In this document: one piece after another, positions 41,271 through 50,906 of the stretch
Numbering within the stretch: position 1 is the stretch's first letter
Layout of the letters: every line of letters starts with the position of its first letter
DNA from: Marinoscillum sp. MHG1-6
GTDB taxonomy: Bacteria; Bacteroidota; Bacteroidia; Cytophagales; Cyclobacteriaceae
NCBI RefSeq assembly: GCF_024714475.1
Contig: NZ_JAMZMI010000007.1
Location: 63,498-127,497 of the forward strand
DNA: 64,000 bases
Reading direction: 5' to 3'
The notes under the pieces: model-generated
The model's database searches: none
The model's input: only the letters and a program-made list of their open reading frames with translations
What the model was told of the DNA's origin: nothing
Program-made: the position numbers and the translations under genes

Positions 41271-42782
41271 GTGCATTTACACCCCACCAACCCCAATCCA
41301 GCATCCAACTACCAGAAGTATCTCTGGTGCCGAAACCTCATTGAGATTGGGTTACGTCTTTTCATGATTACGATTTTCATTGTCATCACCCAGACTTGTT
41401 TTGGTCAGGTAACCATTGTGGTTGAGTCAATTCCAAATGCAACACCACCTTCAGATACTATTTTCCTAACCGGGAATTTTAACAACTGGAGAACAAATGA
41501 CCCCGAGTATATACTACGAAAGCAACTGGATGGGAAACTAGCCTTTCGCTTCGATAAACCTGCGTACACAGAAATAGAATATAAGTTTACCAGAGGCAGT
41601 TGGGTGAAAGTTGAGTCAAGCCCATCCAATCAATACATGCCTAACCGAAAACTAGTCGTGACCGAGGAGTCACCGGTAGTGTATACAACTATTGACAACT
41701 GGCAGGATTTAGGTGGAGCTCAACCTATAAGCCTGATTGCATTTTATTATTCATCCGTAGCGTTTCTTGCTTCCATTCTGCTGTTTTTAATCTACAGAAC
41801 CAATAAAAAAGATCCGGTGCGCATGAAGGTCTTTACCATTTTTAACGGCTTCATGGTGACCGTTTTCAGTGCCGCCGTCGTCCTCCAGGTGGCAAACGCC
41901 ATTTGGATTAACCATGTGGAAATGATCCTTCAGGTTACTCTGTTTTTGTGGGGGCCATTGGTTTACTCATTTCTTCTGGGATTCAGAAAAAATCCATTTA
42001 AGGTCAAAATGAGCTGGTTAATTCTGCCTGCTTTTGGCATGATCGTGTTGACGGTAATGGAAATTAAGAACTTGGAGCTGGTCAATTTTATGAATTCGCA
42101 CTGGAGAGGCCTTAACCATGGCTACGTCGGAATTTGCTCTGCGGCGGCCATCAACACGGCTATTTGCTTATGGCTTTCGTATAAAACCATTTTCGATATC
42201 AATCCTAATCGAAAAGTCACAAATCAATTCACCAAATGGTTCTTTAACCTAAACCTACTTGTAGCAATCCTCCTTTTTGGAGGTTTTTGTGGATTTGCAT
42301 TTCAAATCCCTGAACTAATGATGGAAGACTATGATCCGATCTTTGTAATACTATCGGCTCTTGTCATTGTGGAAATGTACTATTTGTGGCGGTTCCCTGA
42401 AATCCTGAGTGAAGCCCCTGCACCATCAGCGCCGATAGCCCTCGAGCTAAAGGAAGAGCTTGAAAAGCTAATGATTGAAGAGCAGGCATTCAAAAATCCG
42501 GAATTAAGCAAAGCTGAATTATCTCAACTCCTCGACACCAAGCCGCACGTACTTTCCAAAATGATCAATGACTATTACGGTAAGAATTTCAGAGACTATA
42601 TCAATAGCTACAGAATCATGGCGTTCATCAAACTCGCTGAGGAGGGGCAGTTAGAAAGATTCACATTTCTTGCTCTGGCCCATGAGGTTGGCTTCAATTC
42701 AAAATCCACCTTTAACCTGGCCTTTAAGAAATACACTAACGAAAGTCCGCGCGATTACTTCAAGGAAAGAATCAGGAAATGA
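41271..42782 (+). CDS. Membrane-bound one-component regulator: signal/anchor, periplasmic CBM48/AMPK-beta-like glycogen/starch-binding domain, 7 TM helices, cytoplasmic AraC-type HTH
   Basis: LTGNFNNW...EIEYKFTRGSWVKVE resembles the AMPK-beta glycogen-binding module (LSGSFNNW...EHQYKFFVDGQW). Seven hydrophobic helices counted by hand. C-terminal AraC signature (HEVGFNSKSTFNLAFKKYTNESPRDY). Confidence 0.8.
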   Translation: MHLHPTNPNPASNYQKYLWCRNLIEIGLRLFMITIFIVITQTCFGQVTIVVESIPNATPPSDTIFLTGNFNNWRTNDPEYILRKQLDGKLAFRFDKPAYTEIEYKFTRGSWVKVESSPSNQYMPNRKLVVTEESPVVYTTIDNWQDLGGAQPISLIAFYYSSVAFLASILLFLIYRTNKKDPVRMKVFTIFNGFMVTVFSAAVVLQVANAIWINHVEMILQVTLFLWGPLVYSFLLGFRKNPFKVKMSWLILPAFGMIVLTVMEIKNLELVNFMNSHWRGLNHGYVGICSAAAINTAICLWLSYKTIFDINPNRKVTNQFTKWFFNLNLLVAILLFGGFCGFAFQIPELMMEDYDPIFVILSALVIVEMYYLWRFPEILSEAPAPSAPIALELKEELEKLMIEEQAFKNPELSKAELSQLLDTKPHVLSKMINDYYGKNFRDYINSYRIMAFIKLAEEGQLERFTFLALAHEVGFNSKSTFNLAFKKYTNESPRDYFKERIRK

Positions 42783-42826
42783 CCATTTTTCTTTTCCAAC
42801 AAGAGTCCTTTTCAGCGACTTTAATT

Positions 42827-42881
42827 CGTCCTATATTAAAAAATAGGACGTTTTTTCACACCCCGTTTAGGACTTTCGAGT
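42827..42881 (+). promoter_or_regulatory. Upstream element of amylase 1: CGTCCTA-N10-TAGGACG inverted repeat, then a second TAGGAC 24 bp downstream (TAGGACgtttttt...TAGGACtttcga)
   Basis: Read directly. The same architecture recurs upstream of the paralog. Confidence 0.4.
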
Positions 42882-42917
42882 CTGCGTTTCATATCCAATT
42901 CAATTAAACTAAAGCTA

Positions 42918-45272
42918 ATGACAAGAGCATATTATTTCAGCTTGCTTGTCATGACCCAGGTCCTGGCCACCCAATATTGCATGGCTCAGGATGATGTCAT
43001 GATGCAGGCATTTTACTGGGATGTACCAGTAGATGATCAGAACAAAAACGGTACCTGGTGGGATAACCTTAGTGGCAAAGCAGCTGCCCTGGATAGTGCA
43101 GGGATCACCGGCATCTGGGTGCCCTCTCCTGCTAAAGGTAATTTCGGAATATGGGACATGGGATACGGCATTTTTGACCACTATGATCTGGGTAATTATG
43201 ATCAAAAAGGCACCGTGGAGACCAGGTTTGGATCTCGCGCTGAGCTCGAATCAATGTTATCCACCATGCACGATAAGGGCATCGATGTTTATGCTGACAT
43301 TGTACTGAATCATATGTATACCGGAGACAGTGAAGATGAATCGAATCCGGCGGTGAAACAATACGTTTTTGACGAGGCTTATCGCAATGCTCAACAATAC
43401 TCCCCTTACCCAACCAATGAGATTATTTGGGTGGTAAAAAATGCCACAGCAGGTGACTATTATATTCAAATTGCGGGATACCATCTGGGTAGCACCAATA
43501 AAGAAGATCGCGCTTATGACGTTGAAATAGATTACACCGGATCAGGATTCAACGGCTCCTATTCATCAGAATCAGAACCTAATAATGGGAATGGGGATCA
43601 TAATACTTTTCCAGCATCGGGAAATACCATTCGCGGCTTCATAGAAGTGGGAGACATTGATGAATACAAGGTCTCCGTATCGTCAACCACCGATATTAAA
43701 ATAAAACTAACGGCCAGAAAAGAAATTGCCGATCCCTACGAGTGGGCATGGGCTGATCAAACTAACGGGTATTATCCCATGGCCATTTGGCATGAAGGAT
43801 CAAACATTGCCATAACAGCACAGTTGGAGGCCCACACAAACACTGGTGTTAACTACGTAACTCACACCGGCACCGGAGAGCCAAATTACTCCTGGACCTA
43901 CAACGACTTTCACCCTGTTGATGACAATGACTACCTGGGATACATCGGCACGGATGAAATCGTAACTAACACCAAGTTTTTCGGTAATGACATCAATACC
44001 TTTAGCTCAACCGTAGCTACAAGATTTCAGGACTGGGGCGTATGGCTTACTAATGAAATCGGTTTTGATGGATATCGACTTGATTTTGTGAGGGGTATCC
44101 AGTCGCAATATGTAGCAGATTGGGTGAAAAATCTTCCATTGGAAAATGATGTGCAGCGATTCATTGTGGGAGAATACTGGGGCCCGGATTATAGGATAAA
44201 AGAGTGGGTTAACAATGTTGCAGGTGGAGGAGCCAATGTAAATGGGTTTGACTTTCCGCTCAAGTGGTCACTCAATGATTTGTGCAATGGCGATGGAAGC
44301 AGTTATGACATGAGATGGCTTAACCATGCTGGTATGGTCCGAAATGATCAAGGTAACAGTCTTCCCGGATCTTCAGTTGTAACTTGGTTGGAAAACCATG
44401 ACACAGGTAAAGAGCATGACAAATGGGTGACCAAAGACTGGAAGTTAGGGTACGCTTATATCCTTACTCACGAAGGAAGACCATGCGTATTCTACAACCA
44501 TTTTTTTGGGGATCAAATGATGGACAGTCATGATAATTATTATAAAATATATCCAGCCATTAGTTTACGTGATGATATTGAGAAGCTCATCTTTGCAAGA
44601 AAAACATATCTCGGTGGCTCCCTAACAGTTTTGAGTGAGATTGGAAACCCCTACCCTGCTGAGGATGCATATAATGTATATGTAGCCAGAAGAGATGGTA
44701 ATGGATTGGAAGGAGAAGCGCTCAAAAGTGGGGCGATCATCGTAATCAGCAACCATGACAGCGAGACCAAAGGCCTTTGGGTAGATAGCTCACCTGAGGG
44801 ATGGGGAGATTGGAGTAACACAAAATTGATTAATGCATTTGATATGACAGATACCACCGAGGTTATGTCAGATGGCCGCGTATGGATCGAAGCACCGGCC
44901 AGAGGATATGCGGTCTATGTTAAGGAAAGTGAATTTGTAAACTACGCCATGGACAGCTCAAAGGTCCAGTTAGGGAATATTGATGAGCAGGAAAATTCAA
45001 TATTAAACCTTGACGAATCTGCTATGGCAAGGCTATACCCCAACCCTCTGGGTCATGGAAGTTTAATACTAAACCTAAAGACCCCTACATCCCGCCTACT
45101 CAATATTAAAATCTATGATGTTCAGGGTAAACTTCGCTTTTCTGAATCATATACGATTGAAGCAGGAAATCAGGATGTAAGTCTGAATGTGGAAGAATTA
45201 TCACCGGGATATTATATCACGAAAGTCGAGCATGGCACCCAACAAGAAACTCTTCCGCTACTAATTAGATAA
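42918..45272 (+). CDS. Secreted GH13 alpha-amylase with enlarged domain B (PPC-like insert) and T9SS C-terminal sorting domain
   Basis: Signal peptide. GH13 regions (QAFYWD, DIVLNH, GFDGYRLDFVRG, EYWG, WLENHD). About 245 aa between beta3 and beta4, including EPNNGNGDHNTFPASGNTIRGFIEVGDIDEYKV (pre-peptidase C-terminal-like). C-terminal LYPNPL...YYITKV tail. Confidence 0.9.
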   Translation: MTRAYYFSLLVMTQVLATQYCMAQDDVMMQAFYWDVPVDDQNKNGTWWDNLSGKAAALDSAGITGIWVPSPAKGNFGIWDMGYGIFDHYDLGNYDQKGTVETRFGSRAELESMLSTMHDKGIDVYADIVLNHMYTGDSEDESNPAVKQYVFDEAYRNAQQYSPYPTNEIIWVVKNATAGDYYIQIAGYHLGSTNKEDRAYDVEIDYTGSGFNGSYSSESEPNNGNGDHNTFPASGNTIRGFIEVGDIDEYKVSVSSTTDIKIKLTARKEIADPYEWAWADQTNGYYPMAIWHEGSNIAITAQLEAHTNTGVNYVTHTGTGEPNYSWTYNDFHPVDDNDYLGYIGTDEIVTNTKFFGNDINTFSSTVATRFQDWGVWLTNEIGFDGYRLDFVRGIQSQYVADWVKNLPLENDVQRFIVGEYWGPDYRIKEWVNNVAGGGANVNGFDFPLKWSLNDLCNGDGSSYDMRWLNHAGMVRNDQGNSLPGSSVVTWLENHDTGKEHDKWVTKDWKLGYAYILTHEGRPCVFYNHFFGDQMMDSHDNYYKIYPAISLRDDIEKLIFARKTYLGGSLTVLSEIGNPYPAEDAYNVYVARRDGNGLEGEALKSGAIIVISNHDSETKGLWVDSSPEGWGDWSNTKLINAFDMTDTTEVMSDGRVWIEAPARGYAVYVKESEFVNYAMDSSKVQLGNIDEQENSILNLDESAMARLYPNPLGHGSLILNLKTPTSRLLNIKIYDVQGKLRFSESYTIEAGNQDVSLNVEELSPGYYITKVEHGTQQETLPLLIR

Positions 45273-45296
45273 AACACTTTTTAAGCCAGCAGTTAT

Positions 45297-45331
45297 CCCC
45301 TGTCTTATTATTTAAGGCAGGGGATTTTTTG
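45297..45331 (+). terminator. Intrinsic terminator between the amylase paralogs
   Basis: cccctg...cagggg hairpin plus TTTTTT. Confidence 0.65.
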
Positions 45332-45446
45332 TACCATTTGATCATCTCGTAAAATTGATCACCGTTTTACCCTCCTCATAAATAAAAATATAGGCCTCTT
45401 GAATTGAATATTCATCAATAACACACTCAATAAACGCGTGTAGTTT

Positions 45447-45498
45447 GTCTGATTTTTAAAATTAGGACGTTTTTTAGAGTGGCTTGTAAGAGTTTCGA
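45447..45498 (+). promoter_or_regulatory. Upstream element of amylase 2: GTCTGA-N10-TAGGACgtttttt-N11-TAAGAGtttcga, same spacing as upstream of amylase 1
   Basis: Read directly. Half-site spacing of 24 nt is identical to the paralog. Confidence 0.4.
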
Positions 45499-45549
45499 TG
45501 TCGCCTTTTGAAGGCAAACAGAAACAACGTAACTCTAAACACAAGCAAA

Positions 45550-47901
45550 ATGAAAAAACATCTATCTGTCTTAGTGCTTGCTCTAATCTTATTCAGTGCT
45601 ATCCAAAAGGGATACGCACAGGATGATGTCATGATGCAGGCGTTCTATTGGGATGTACCCGTGGATGATCAAAACCTCAACGGCACCTGGTGGGACAATC
45701 TCAACAGCAAAGCAACCACACTTGACGATGCCGGGATCACCGGAATCTGGATCCCTTCTCCCGCTAAAGGCAACTTTGGAATCTGGGACATGGGCTATGG
45801 AATATTTGACCACTACGATCTGGGTAATTACAATCAAAAGGGAACGACTGAAACACGATTTGGCTCTAGAGCCGAGTTAGAAGCTATGATGACAGCAATG
45901 CATAACAATGGCATTGATGTCTATGCTGACATTGTGCTCAATCATATTTACACAGGAAGCAGCGAAGATGAATCCAACCCTGCTGTGAAACAATATGTCT
46001 TTGATGAGGCCTTTAGAAACGGACAGCAATTCTCACCTTACCCAACTAATGAAATCATCTGGGAAATTAACAATGCGACCCCAGGTGACTACTATATTCA
46101 GATAGCCGGATATCACCTTGCTAGCACCACCAAAACCGAACGTGGCTACGATCTTGAAATTGATTACAGCGACTCCGGATTTAATGGCAACTATTCCTGG
46201 GAAGCCGAACCCAACAATGGAAGTGGCAATTTCAATGTATTTCCTGCTTCTGGAAATACCGTCAGAGGACACATTGAAGTTGGAGACATTGACGAATATA
46301 AGGTGACCGTCACTTCGACCACAAATGTGAAAATCAAATTAACCGCAAGAAGGGAAAACACTAACCCATGGGAGTGGGCCTGGGCTGACCAGACTAACGG
46401 TTATTATCCTAAAGCCATTTGGTTTAACGGAACCAACATAGCACTTACCACACAACTTGAAGCACACACGAACACGGGGGTCAACTACGTAACTCATACG
46501 GGTATCGGAGAACCAAACTATACCTGGGATTACACACATTTTCACCCGGCTGACGATAATGACTGGCTAGGTTATGCAGGAACGGATGAAATAATCACCA
46601 ACACCAAATTCTTTGGAAATGACCTAAACACTTTTAATACTACAGTAACCGACAGGTATAAGGACTGGGGTGAATGGCTCACCAATGAAATTGGCTTTGA
46701 TGGTTATCGACTAGATTTTGTAAGAGGTTTTCAAGAACAGTATGTCGCTGATTGGGTAGGCAACCTCCCACTAAAGAAAGGTAAACAAAGGTTCATTGTT
46801 GGAGAGTACTGGGGTCCTGACTACCGAATTAAGGAATGGGTTAACAATGTGGCCGGTTACGGAGCAGATGTAGACGGATTCGATTTCCCTTTAAAGTTTT
46901 CATTGACTTCGATGTGTAATGGTGATGGCTCCTTTGACATGAGGTCACTCAACCACGCAGGAATGGTTAGAAATGATCAGGGCAACGGCCTACCGGGCAC
47001 GTCAGTGGTTACCTGGCTGGAAAATCACGACACTGGTAAAGAACATGACAAGTGGGTAACCAAAGACTGGAAAATGGGATACGCCTATCTCCTGACTCAT
47101 GAAGGAAAGCCTTGTGTTTTTTACAACCATTTCTTCGGCGATATAATGATCGATAGCCATAACAGTTCATATACCGTGACACCGGATCCGGACCTTGACG
47201 AGGACATCAAAAAGCTAATTTTCGCCAGAAACACTTATCTCGGGGGTACGCTATCTGTTCTTAGCGAGGTAGGAAACCCCTATCCTTCAGCCGACGCTTA
47301 TAACGTCTATGTTGCAAGAAGGGACGAAAATGGATTAAATGGAATTAAGGCTAAAAGTGGTGCCATTGTGGTGATCAACAATCACGACAGCCAAACCAAA
47401 GGGCTTTGGGTAGATAGCTCACCTGCTGGTTGGGATGACTGGAGTAGCACCATTCTGGTCAATGCATTTGACAATACTGATACTGCTCAGGTATACGCAG
47501 ATGGTCGGGTTTGGGTAGAAGCTCCTGCAAGGGGTTATGCTGTTTATGTGAAAGCAAACGAATATGTAGAATATAGCAGCGGAAGTGGTGCTCGTTTAGG
47601 CTCCCCCGTCGATCTCTCACAAAGTAGCAATGCAGAAATCTCTGCATTTGGGATCTCTAATCTTTACCCTAATCCAGTCTCTGAAGGTCAGTTCACCATG
47701 AACCTTGAACTACCAGGGGCCAATGTTGTCAATGTGAAAATCTTTGATATTCAGGGAAAACTTCATTTTTCTGAATCGAGGGAAATGAGCGCCGGGCGTC
47801 AGGAAATCAAATTAAACATTGAAGACATGACGGCAGGATACTACATCACAAAAGTTCAATTCGAAGGCGTGACTAAAACATTACCTCTTCTGGTGAGGTA
47901 A
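45550..47901 (+). CDS. Secreted GH13 alpha-amylase, tandem paralog of the upstream gene (same PPC-like insert and T9SS C-terminal domain)
   Basis: Start set at MKKHLSVLVLAL (signal peptide). Roughly three-quarters identical to the upstream paralog by eye. LYPNPV...YYITKV C-terminal domain. Confidence 0.9.
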   Translation: MKKHLSVLVLALILFSAIQKGYAQDDVMMQAFYWDVPVDDQNLNGTWWDNLNSKATTLDDAGITGIWIPSPAKGNFGIWDMGYGIFDHYDLGNYNQKGTTETRFGSRAELEAMMTAMHNNGIDVYADIVLNHIYTGSSEDESNPAVKQYVFDEAFRNGQQFSPYPTNEIIWEINNATPGDYYIQIAGYHLASTTKTERGYDLEIDYSDSGFNGNYSWEAEPNNGSGNFNVFPASGNTVRGHIEVGDIDEYKVTVTSTTNVKIKLTARRENTNPWEWAWADQTNGYYPKAIWFNGTNIALTTQLEAHTNTGVNYVTHTGIGEPNYTWDYTHFHPADDNDWLGYAGTDEIITNTKFFGNDLNTFNTTVTDRYKDWGEWLTNEIGFDGYRLDFVRGFQEQYVADWVGNLPLKKGKQRFIVGEYWGPDYRIKEWVNNVAGYGADVDGFDFPLKFSLTSMCNGDGSFDMRSLNHAGMVRNDQGNGLPGTSVVTWLENHDTGKEHDKWVTKDWKMGYAYLLTHEGKPCVFYNHFFGDIMIDSHNSSYTVTPDPDLDEDIKKLIFARNTYLGGTLSVLSEVGNPYPSADAYNVYVARRDENGLNGIKAKSGAIVVINNHDSQTKGLWVDSSPAGWDDWSSTILVNAFDNTDTAQVYADGRVWVEAPARGYAVYVKANEYVEYSSGSGARLGSPVDLSQSSNAEISAFGISNLYPNPVSEGQFTMNLELPGANVVNVKIFDIQGKLHFSESREMSAGRQEIKLNIEDMTAGYYITKVQFEGVTKTLPLLVR

Positions 47902-47937
47902 AAGCTCGGTTCAACCAGCAAAATGATCCCCCACCTT

Positions 47938-47967
47938 TTCGTGGGGGATTTTTTTTGTTCTCGACAT
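47938..47967 (+). terminator. Intrinsic terminator after amylase 2
   Basis: cccccacc-ttttc-gtggggg hairpin plus T8. Confidence 0.7.
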
Positions 47968-48072
47968 GCAATTAATGCGGTCCCCTAGGTGCAACTATGA
48001 ACGAAATCTCTAGTCTTTATAACCTAAAGACCCACAAAAGCGTCTTATTATCAAGCCAAACCTAAACCGCTC

Positions 48073-50472
48073 ATGATCAAAAACTATTTAAAGGTTGCAC
48101 TGAGAAACCTTCTTAAGAGCAAGGTCTTTGTAGCTATCAATATTGTTGGACTTGGACTTGCATTGGCCTGCTGTATCGTTGCTTACCTCAATTCAAAATT
48201 CAACTGGGATTTTGATAAACATCATGTGAACGTCGATCACATTTACAAAATTCACAACCTTAGAGAAAGCCAGGGGGAGTTAAGAGAATATGGGCGTATA
48301 CCCATGCCCATGGCTGATGCCATCAAAAATGATATTGCCGGCATCGACAAAGTTTTCAGGTTTGAAAGCCATGCCTTTACAGCAAGAGACGTAACCCTCG
48401 ACAAGGTTTTTCATACAAGTGTTTCCTATGCTGATCCTGGTTTTTTAGAATCTTTCACATTTCCATTGATAGAAGGAGACCCCTCGGCTTACCATAAACT
48501 AGAACAAGCAGTTGTTACCCGGGACTATGCCCGTAAGTTTTATGGTGATGAAAGCCCTGTTGGAAAGGTACTGACCGTATTTGATGATACGGGCATGAGC
48601 TTCAACTTCGTCATTGGGGGAGTAGTCCAAAGAGCTCCACAAAATACATCAGTCCATTTTGAGGTTTTATTGTCATTTGAGAACCGCTTTCGGATGTACG
48701 ACGATCAGGTCAAAGGCAATTGGGCAGCCCTGGCTCAGAATACCTTCCTTTATTTTAAGGATCCAGCAAAGGCGAAAGATGTTGAGCCATTATTAGATAA
48801 GTACCTATCGGTCCAAAATGAGGCCAGACCTGACTTCCTGATAGCAAAGTACAAGCTTTCCCCGATGAATAACCATGCGCACATTTCCCGGGATATCCGA
48901 TGGGACAACCTTCAAAACGCCATGCCGAAAGCAGCGATCCTCACTCCTCAAATCATGGCTATTCTAATCCTTCTGGTAGCTTGTTTTAATTTCACCAATA
49001 CGGCCATCGCCACTTCCAACAGGAGGTTAAAGGAGATCGGTATAAGAAAGGTCATGGGCGGAAGCAGGAGACAATTGATATTGCAGTTCATGGCCGAAAA
49101 CCTTACCGTGTGCTTCCTGGCGGTTTTAATGTCAGTGGCTATTGCACATTATTTGGTGCCAGCATACAGTGCCATGTGGGAAGAGATGGACTTCGAACTC
49201 AGTTTTACCGAAGATTTTCAAATCTATCTTTTTCTTATAGTAATGCTCATTATTACCACATTATTAGCAGGTTTATACCCTGCTCTTTACATCAGCAAAT
49301 ATGAGCCGGTACGTATTCTCAGAGGAAGTTTGAGCATTGGCGGAGCCGGAAGACTTACCAAGATCCTTCTAGGGCTGCAATACACCTTTACTGTCATTGC
49401 CATATTCGCAAGCATTGCTTTTATACAAAATGCCAGGTATCAGAATACGCTGGACATGGGGTACAACAGGCAGCAAATTATTGGGGTGAGCATACTAAAC
49501 GAAAACCAGTATCATAAAGCCAGAGCTGCCATGCAATCCAATCCCAATATTTTACAGATTTCCAGCGCAAAAAACCATATTGGAAGAGGCGATTACGGTC
49601 TAACTGTTAACAGCGAAGACACTGAATTGGAAGTGAATATGCTGGATGTTGGCAACGATTACATTGAAACAATGGGACTTAAGATCGTTGATGGGCGATC
49701 ATTTTCAAAAGAACTGGAAGCCACAGATAGCCAGCATTCGATGCTGATTAATGAAAAAATGGCAGAGGCATTTGGTTGGACTAACCCTGTTGGAAAAAGA
49801 ATTGCCATTAATGACACCACCAAATTAACTGTGGTTGGCGTGGTGAAAAACTTCTATATGTATGGTTTTTGGGCACCAATAGAACCAGTGGGCATGCGCC
49901 TCAAAAGTCTGAAATTTGAAGATGATGGAACTTACAGCTACATGATTGCTCGCACGGATTTAGATAATGTCAGAGAGGTGTATGATTATTTAGAGAAAGA
50001 CTGGAATGCCAACGTTCCAAACAAAGTGTTTGCTGGCTTTTTTCAGGATGACTTGTTAAGAGAAGCCAGAGAAGTAAACGGCAATATTATTATGATCTTC
50101 AGTTTCCTGGGGACTGTTGCCTTTATTTTGTCGTGTCTGGGATTGTTTACACTGGTTTCTATTAACCTGATCAAAAGGATAAAAGAGATTGGCGTCCGAA
50201 AAGTGCTGGGAGGTAGTTTGGGGCATATTATTTACCTCATCAACAAAGAATATTTTATTCTACTGGCTATTTCCAGCTGTTTAGGTGTTGGACTTGGTTA
50301 CTATCTGATTGATTCAATGATAGCCTCTATTTTCAGCTATTATAAATCCATGGATGCTCTGACATTCAGCATTCCAGCCATTACGATCATTGTTGTATCC
50401 TTGTCAATCGCCAGCTTGAGAACCATCAGATCCGCCCAGGTTAACCCTGCACATTCTTTAAGATATGAATAA
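48073..50472 (+). CDS. ABC transporter permease, duplicated FtsX/MacB-type (~800 aa)
   Basis: Two MacB_PCD-plus-FtsX modules. No adjacent ATPase gene. Confidence 0.85.
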   Translation: MIKNYLKVALRNLLKSKVFVAINIVGLGLALACCIVAYLNSKFNWDFDKHHVNVDHIYKIHNLRESQGELREYGRIPMPMADAIKNDIAGIDKVFRFESHAFTARDVTLDKVFHTSVSYADPGFLESFTFPLIEGDPSAYHKLEQAVVTRDYARKFYGDESPVGKVLTVFDDTGMSFNFVIGGVVQRAPQNTSVHFEVLLSFENRFRMYDDQVKGNWAALAQNTFLYFKDPAKAKDVEPLLDKYLSVQNEARPDFLIAKYKLSPMNNHAHISRDIRWDNLQNAMPKAAILTPQIMAILILLVACFNFTNTAIATSNRRLKEIGIRKVMGGSRRQLILQFMAENLTVCFLAVLMSVAIAHYLVPAYSAMWEEMDFELSFTEDFQIYLFLIVMLIITTLLAGLYPALYISKYEPVRILRGSLSIGGAGRLTKILLGLQYTFTVIAIFASIAFIQNARYQNTLDMGYNRQQIIGVSILNENQYHKARAAMQSNPNILQISSAKNHIGRGDYGLTVNSEDTELEVNMLDVGNDYIETMGLKIVDGRSFSKELEATDSQHSMLINEKMAEAFGWTNPVGKRIAINDTTKLTVVGVVKNFYMYGFWAPIEPVGMRLKSLKFEDDGTYSYMIARTDLDNVREVYDYLEKDWNANVPNKVFAGFFQDDLLREAREVNGNIIMIFSFLGTVAFILSCLGLFTLVSINLIKRIKEIGVRKVLGGSLGHIIYLINKEYFILLAISSCLGVGLGYYLIDSMIASIFSYYKSMDALTFSIPAITIIVVSLSIASLRTIRSAQVNPAHSLRYE

Positions 50473-50528
50473 CAGGGATCATAGGAACTTCAAAAGGGTT
50501 AAACTACTTTTAGATAAAGACTTAGGCC

Positions 50529-50897
50529 ATGGCATACGACGAATATCTGGGAGAGCGGATCTCTAACATACTCAAGACCAAAAAAGCCAATTTTTCATCG
50601 AAACCTATGATGGGAGGCCTATGCTTCCTGGTGGATGACAAGATGCTTTGTGGAATTCATACGGATAAAAAATTAGGACATTCCCTGTTGATGGCCAGAA
50701 TTGGTGAGGCATCCTATGAAAAGCAATTGGAGAAAGAAGTTTGCCTGCCGATGGATTTTACCGGAAGACCGATGAAAGGATACATTTTTGTCACACCCGA
50801 TGGCTTTGACATGGAAGCAGACCTTGAATACTGGATAGATCAATGCCTGTTATTCAACCCAGACGCCAAAGCCTCCAAAAAAAGAAAGAATGCCTGA
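50529..50897 (+). CDS. TfoX/Sxy N-terminal domain protein
   Basis: Pattern KPMMGGLCFLVDDKMLCGI typical of TfoX_N. Confidence 0.6.
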   Translation: MAYDEYLGERISNILKTKKANFSSKPMMGGLCFLVDDKMLCGIHTDKKLGHSLLMARIGEASYEKQLEKEVCLPMDFTGRPMKGYIFVTPDGFDMEADLEYWIDQCLLFNPDAKASKKRKNA

Positions 50898-50906
50898 AAT
50901 CAATGC

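Noticed and set aside
41405-41629. Minus-strand 74-aa ORF inside the AraC-type regulator gene, and similar ORFs inside the amylase genes (43132-43484, 45589-45837, 46033-46545)
   Set aside because: Antisense to well-supported CDSs. No independent evidence.
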